From: Armatimonadota bacterium
Lineage (GTDB): Bacteria > Armatimonadota > SYMT01
Direction of reading: 5' to 3'
Assembly (NCBI GenBank): GCA_046292385.1
Contig: JBKBRF010000055.1
Location: forward strand, 22,582 to 40,828
Length of the DNA stretch: 18,247 bases
Translations under genes and position numbers: made by a program
Shown: piece after piece, positions 16,293 to 18,247 of the stretch
How positions within the stretch are numbered: the first letter of the stretch is position 1
How the letters are laid out: each line of letters starts with the position of its first letter
Notes under the pieces: model-generated
Told to the model about the DNA's origin: nothing
What the model saw: the letters and a program-made list of their open reading frames with translations, nothing else
The model's database searches: none

Positions 16293-16407
16293 AGGCAAAA
16301 GTATAAAGGCTAAAGGCTAAAGGTCCGAACCCTCGCATCCGGCAGGTGGGGTTCCCACTTTAGCCTTTAGCCTTCTGCCTTTAGCCTTTAAGGGCCTTTA
16401 GCCTTCA
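16290..16407. repeat. Inverted arrays of heptamer tandem repeats (TAAAGGC / GCCTTTA) around a hairpin core
   Basis: Five 7-nt-phased units at 16290-16324, a core GAACCC...GGGTTC at 16327-16354, and seven reverse-complement units at 16356-16407 with one 3-nt interruption. Confidence 0.9.
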
Positions 16408-17397
16408 ATGCCCTACTCGGTAGGTCAGGTAGAGACCGGCGACGTAGGTGAGGACGAGGAAGATGGCGTCGGGCTCCAGGTACCAGATCCGCCGCTCCGA
16501 TTTGTTCAGCACCGCCAGGAGCGCCTGCGCCATCAGGAGCACCGCGAAGAGGGCGCCGACCAGCAGCTCGTTCCCCACGCGCGCCAGGAGCGGTCCCGGG
16601 CCGTCGACCAGGTCGAGCGCCACCAGGATGAACATGTTGAAGGCGTTGCTGCCAAGCAGGTTGCCCACCGCCAGGTCGTAGGAGCCGGAGCGCACCGCGG
16701 CGACGGAGACGGTAACCTCCGGCAGCGAGGTAGTGATCGCCAGGAGGACCATGCCGACCAGGCCGGTAGAGTAACCGAGCTGTTCCGCGATGGTGGCGGC
16801 GGAGCCGGCGAGGAATGGCGCCGCGATCAGGATCACGAGTGCGGAGAGCACGAAGCCGACAACCGCCGGCTTCAGCGGGCCGGCCTGATGGGTGCTCTCC
16901 GCCGCCGCCTCCGCGGACTCGAACGGGGGCTCGCCCCGGTTCACGTGGAGCAGCCGCATTCCCAGGATGTAGCAGAGCCCAATCGCCAGCGGCGCCCAGC
17001 CCAGGTTCAACACTGCCACGCCCTGGTGCGCCAGCACCCCGGCCGCGGCGAGCACCGTCAGCAGGATCGCGAGCAGGCCGACCATCACCTGGTTGATGGT
17101 GACCCGGGTCAGGACCTGGAGCTGGCGTGTGGAGAGATCGGCTACCGCCAGGATCAGCATGTTCGCCATGCTGGATCCGAAGAGGTCCCCCACCGCCAGC
17201 GGCACCAGCCCCTGCCGCACCGCGAAGATATCGGTGGCCAGCTCCGGCAGCGACGTCGCGCCCGCCACCAGGATCGCGCCGACCCAGGCGCCGCCGAGAC
17301 CGGTCCGGTCCGCAATCGTGTCGCCGTCTCGGGACAAGCGGCTGCCGGCCGCGATGACGGCGATGGCGCTAATGAGAAAGATGGACCAGGCAGGCAC
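16405..17397 (-). CDS. Sodium:calcium antiporter (CaCA family, YrbG-like)
   Basis: About 10 TM segments, alpha-1 repeat GATSLPEL...GDLFGSSMAN and alpha-2 repeat ITTSLPEV...GNLLGSNAFN. GTG start with AAGGGGG upstream. Confidence 0.92.
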   Translation of the reverse strand: MPAWSIFLISAIAVIAAGSRLSRDGDTIADRTGLGGAWVGAILVAGATSLPELATDIFAVRQGLVPLAVGDLFGSSMANMLILAVADLSTRQLQVLTRVTINQVMVGLLAILLTVLAAAGVLAHQGVAVLNLGWAPLAIGLCYILGMRLLHVNRGEPPFESAEAAAESTHQAGPLKPAVVGFVLSALVILIAAPFLAGSAATIAEQLGYSTGLVGMVLLAITTSLPEVTVSVAAVRSGSYDLAVGNLLGSNAFNMFILVALDLVDGPGPLLARVGNELLVGALFAVLLMAQALLAVLNKSERRIWYLEPDAIFLVLTYVAGLYLTYRVGH

Positions 17398-17549
17398 TCG
17401 TTTCCCCCTTCGCTCACCGGGCTATTGTAGCCGGACCCGCCCTCGCGTGCCTCAAGGCCGCGAGCCCGGGTGTAACCTCCCGGCGCTCCGGAGCATCTGG
17501 GGTAGAGCGGCGCCCTTGCCGCAGGTGCGTTCGATCCCCGGAAGAACCC

Positions 17550-18071
17550 ATGCGACTCGCGCTGCTCCTGCTCAGCCCGCTGGTGCTCGGCCTCGGCCTC
17601 ACCGCTTCCGGAGCGGACGATCTACCTGTGGAGCCGGCGCCCAGGCTCCCGCCCATCCGGGCGGAGGCGCTGCCTGAACCGGAGCAGGCTGCCAAGAACG
17701 AGAACTTCTCCCCGGCGCTCGTCTACGGCCTGCCGCGACCGGACGGCTCGCGGCGCGCCGAGTGGCGGGCGAACCTGGTGGGGAAGACGGTGCAGGTAGA
17801 GGGCCTGGCCCTGGGCGAGCCGCCGCTCCAGGAAAACCACATGACGACGCAGCGGGTCGCCTACGAAGGCGGCCGCATCTTCGTCCGCGGCGCCGACTTT
17901 CCGGAGCTCGCCGCCGTGGGTAAGCCGGTCCGGGTGAAGGGCACCCTGCGGCTGGTGCCGGAGAGCGAAACCCGCTGGGGGCCGGTGGAGAAGTACTACT
18001 ACCTGGAGGCGCGGAGCGTGGAGGTGCTGGAGCGCGTCACCGACCCGCTCCTCGCCTCCCCGGAGCTGTAG
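17550..18071 (+). CDS. Secreted hypothetical protein, possible OB-fold
   Basis: Signal peptide MRLALLLLSPLVLGLGLTASG, a Pro-rich linker, and beta-strand motifs VGKTVQVEG and VGKPVRVKGTL. Confidence 0.65.
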   Translation: MRLALLLLSPLVLGLGLTASGADDLPVEPAPRLPPIRAEALPEPEQAAKNENFSPALVYGLPRPDGSRRAEWRANLVGKTVQVEGLALGEPPLQENHMTTQRVAYEGGRIFVRGADFPELAAVGKPVRVKGTLRLVPESETRWGPVEKYYYLEARSVEVLERVTDPLLASPEL

Positions 18072-18247
18072 GATACTGTTGGCGAAATCAGCGGGGCAGG
18101 AGGATCTTCGTGGCCGACCGCTTCTCCGAGATTCCCCTGGCGGGGAAGCGGTGGCAAGTGTCACACGCTGTAAAGTTGGTGCGCCCCGGGGCGCAGAGTA
18201 TGTTTTGCCGGCTGCAGGGCGGGTACTCGCTTTACAGCCGGAATCAG

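Noticed and set aside
16290..16407. CRISPR array
   Set aside because: The units are 7 nt, tandem and lack unique spacers. No cas genes are present.
18072..18247. Gene or RNA at the right edge
   Set aside because: No supportable ORF, tRNA or known motif is present. It is probably the upstream region of a gene outside the window.

Overview
GC-rich bacterial window (sampled 60-nt lines in core genes are about 75-80% GC). The '[27 protein letters not shown]' prepilin-type protein suggests Armatimonadota; this is inference. I support 13 CDSs: an L-rhamnose isomerase, a YtcJ-like amidohydrolase, a lower-GC two-gene cassette (TcmP-type methyltransferase-fold protein plus DUF5131/Gp37-Gp68 Cx6Cx2C protein), an MscS channel, a DUF1559/H-X9-DG prepilin-like protein behind a cobalamin riboswitch, a secreted alpha/beta hydrolase divergent from a CE15 esterase, a probably leaderless HAD phosphatase, a large S8 protease with cohesin-dockerin-cohesin-like modules, two secreted hypothetical proteins and a CaCA Na+/Ca2+ antiporter. 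Non-coding features include a REP/MITE-like inverted repeat and an inverted heptamer (TAAAGGC) array that supplies the stop codons of two convergent genes. The best leads are (1) a B12-riboswitch-controlled stand-alone pilin-like protein, a candidate non-canonical corrinoid capture component, and (2) the apparently acquired TcmP-DUF5131 cassette, whose promoter is overlapped by an SOS-box-like palindrome. All family calls come from motif recognition by eye; no searches were run.
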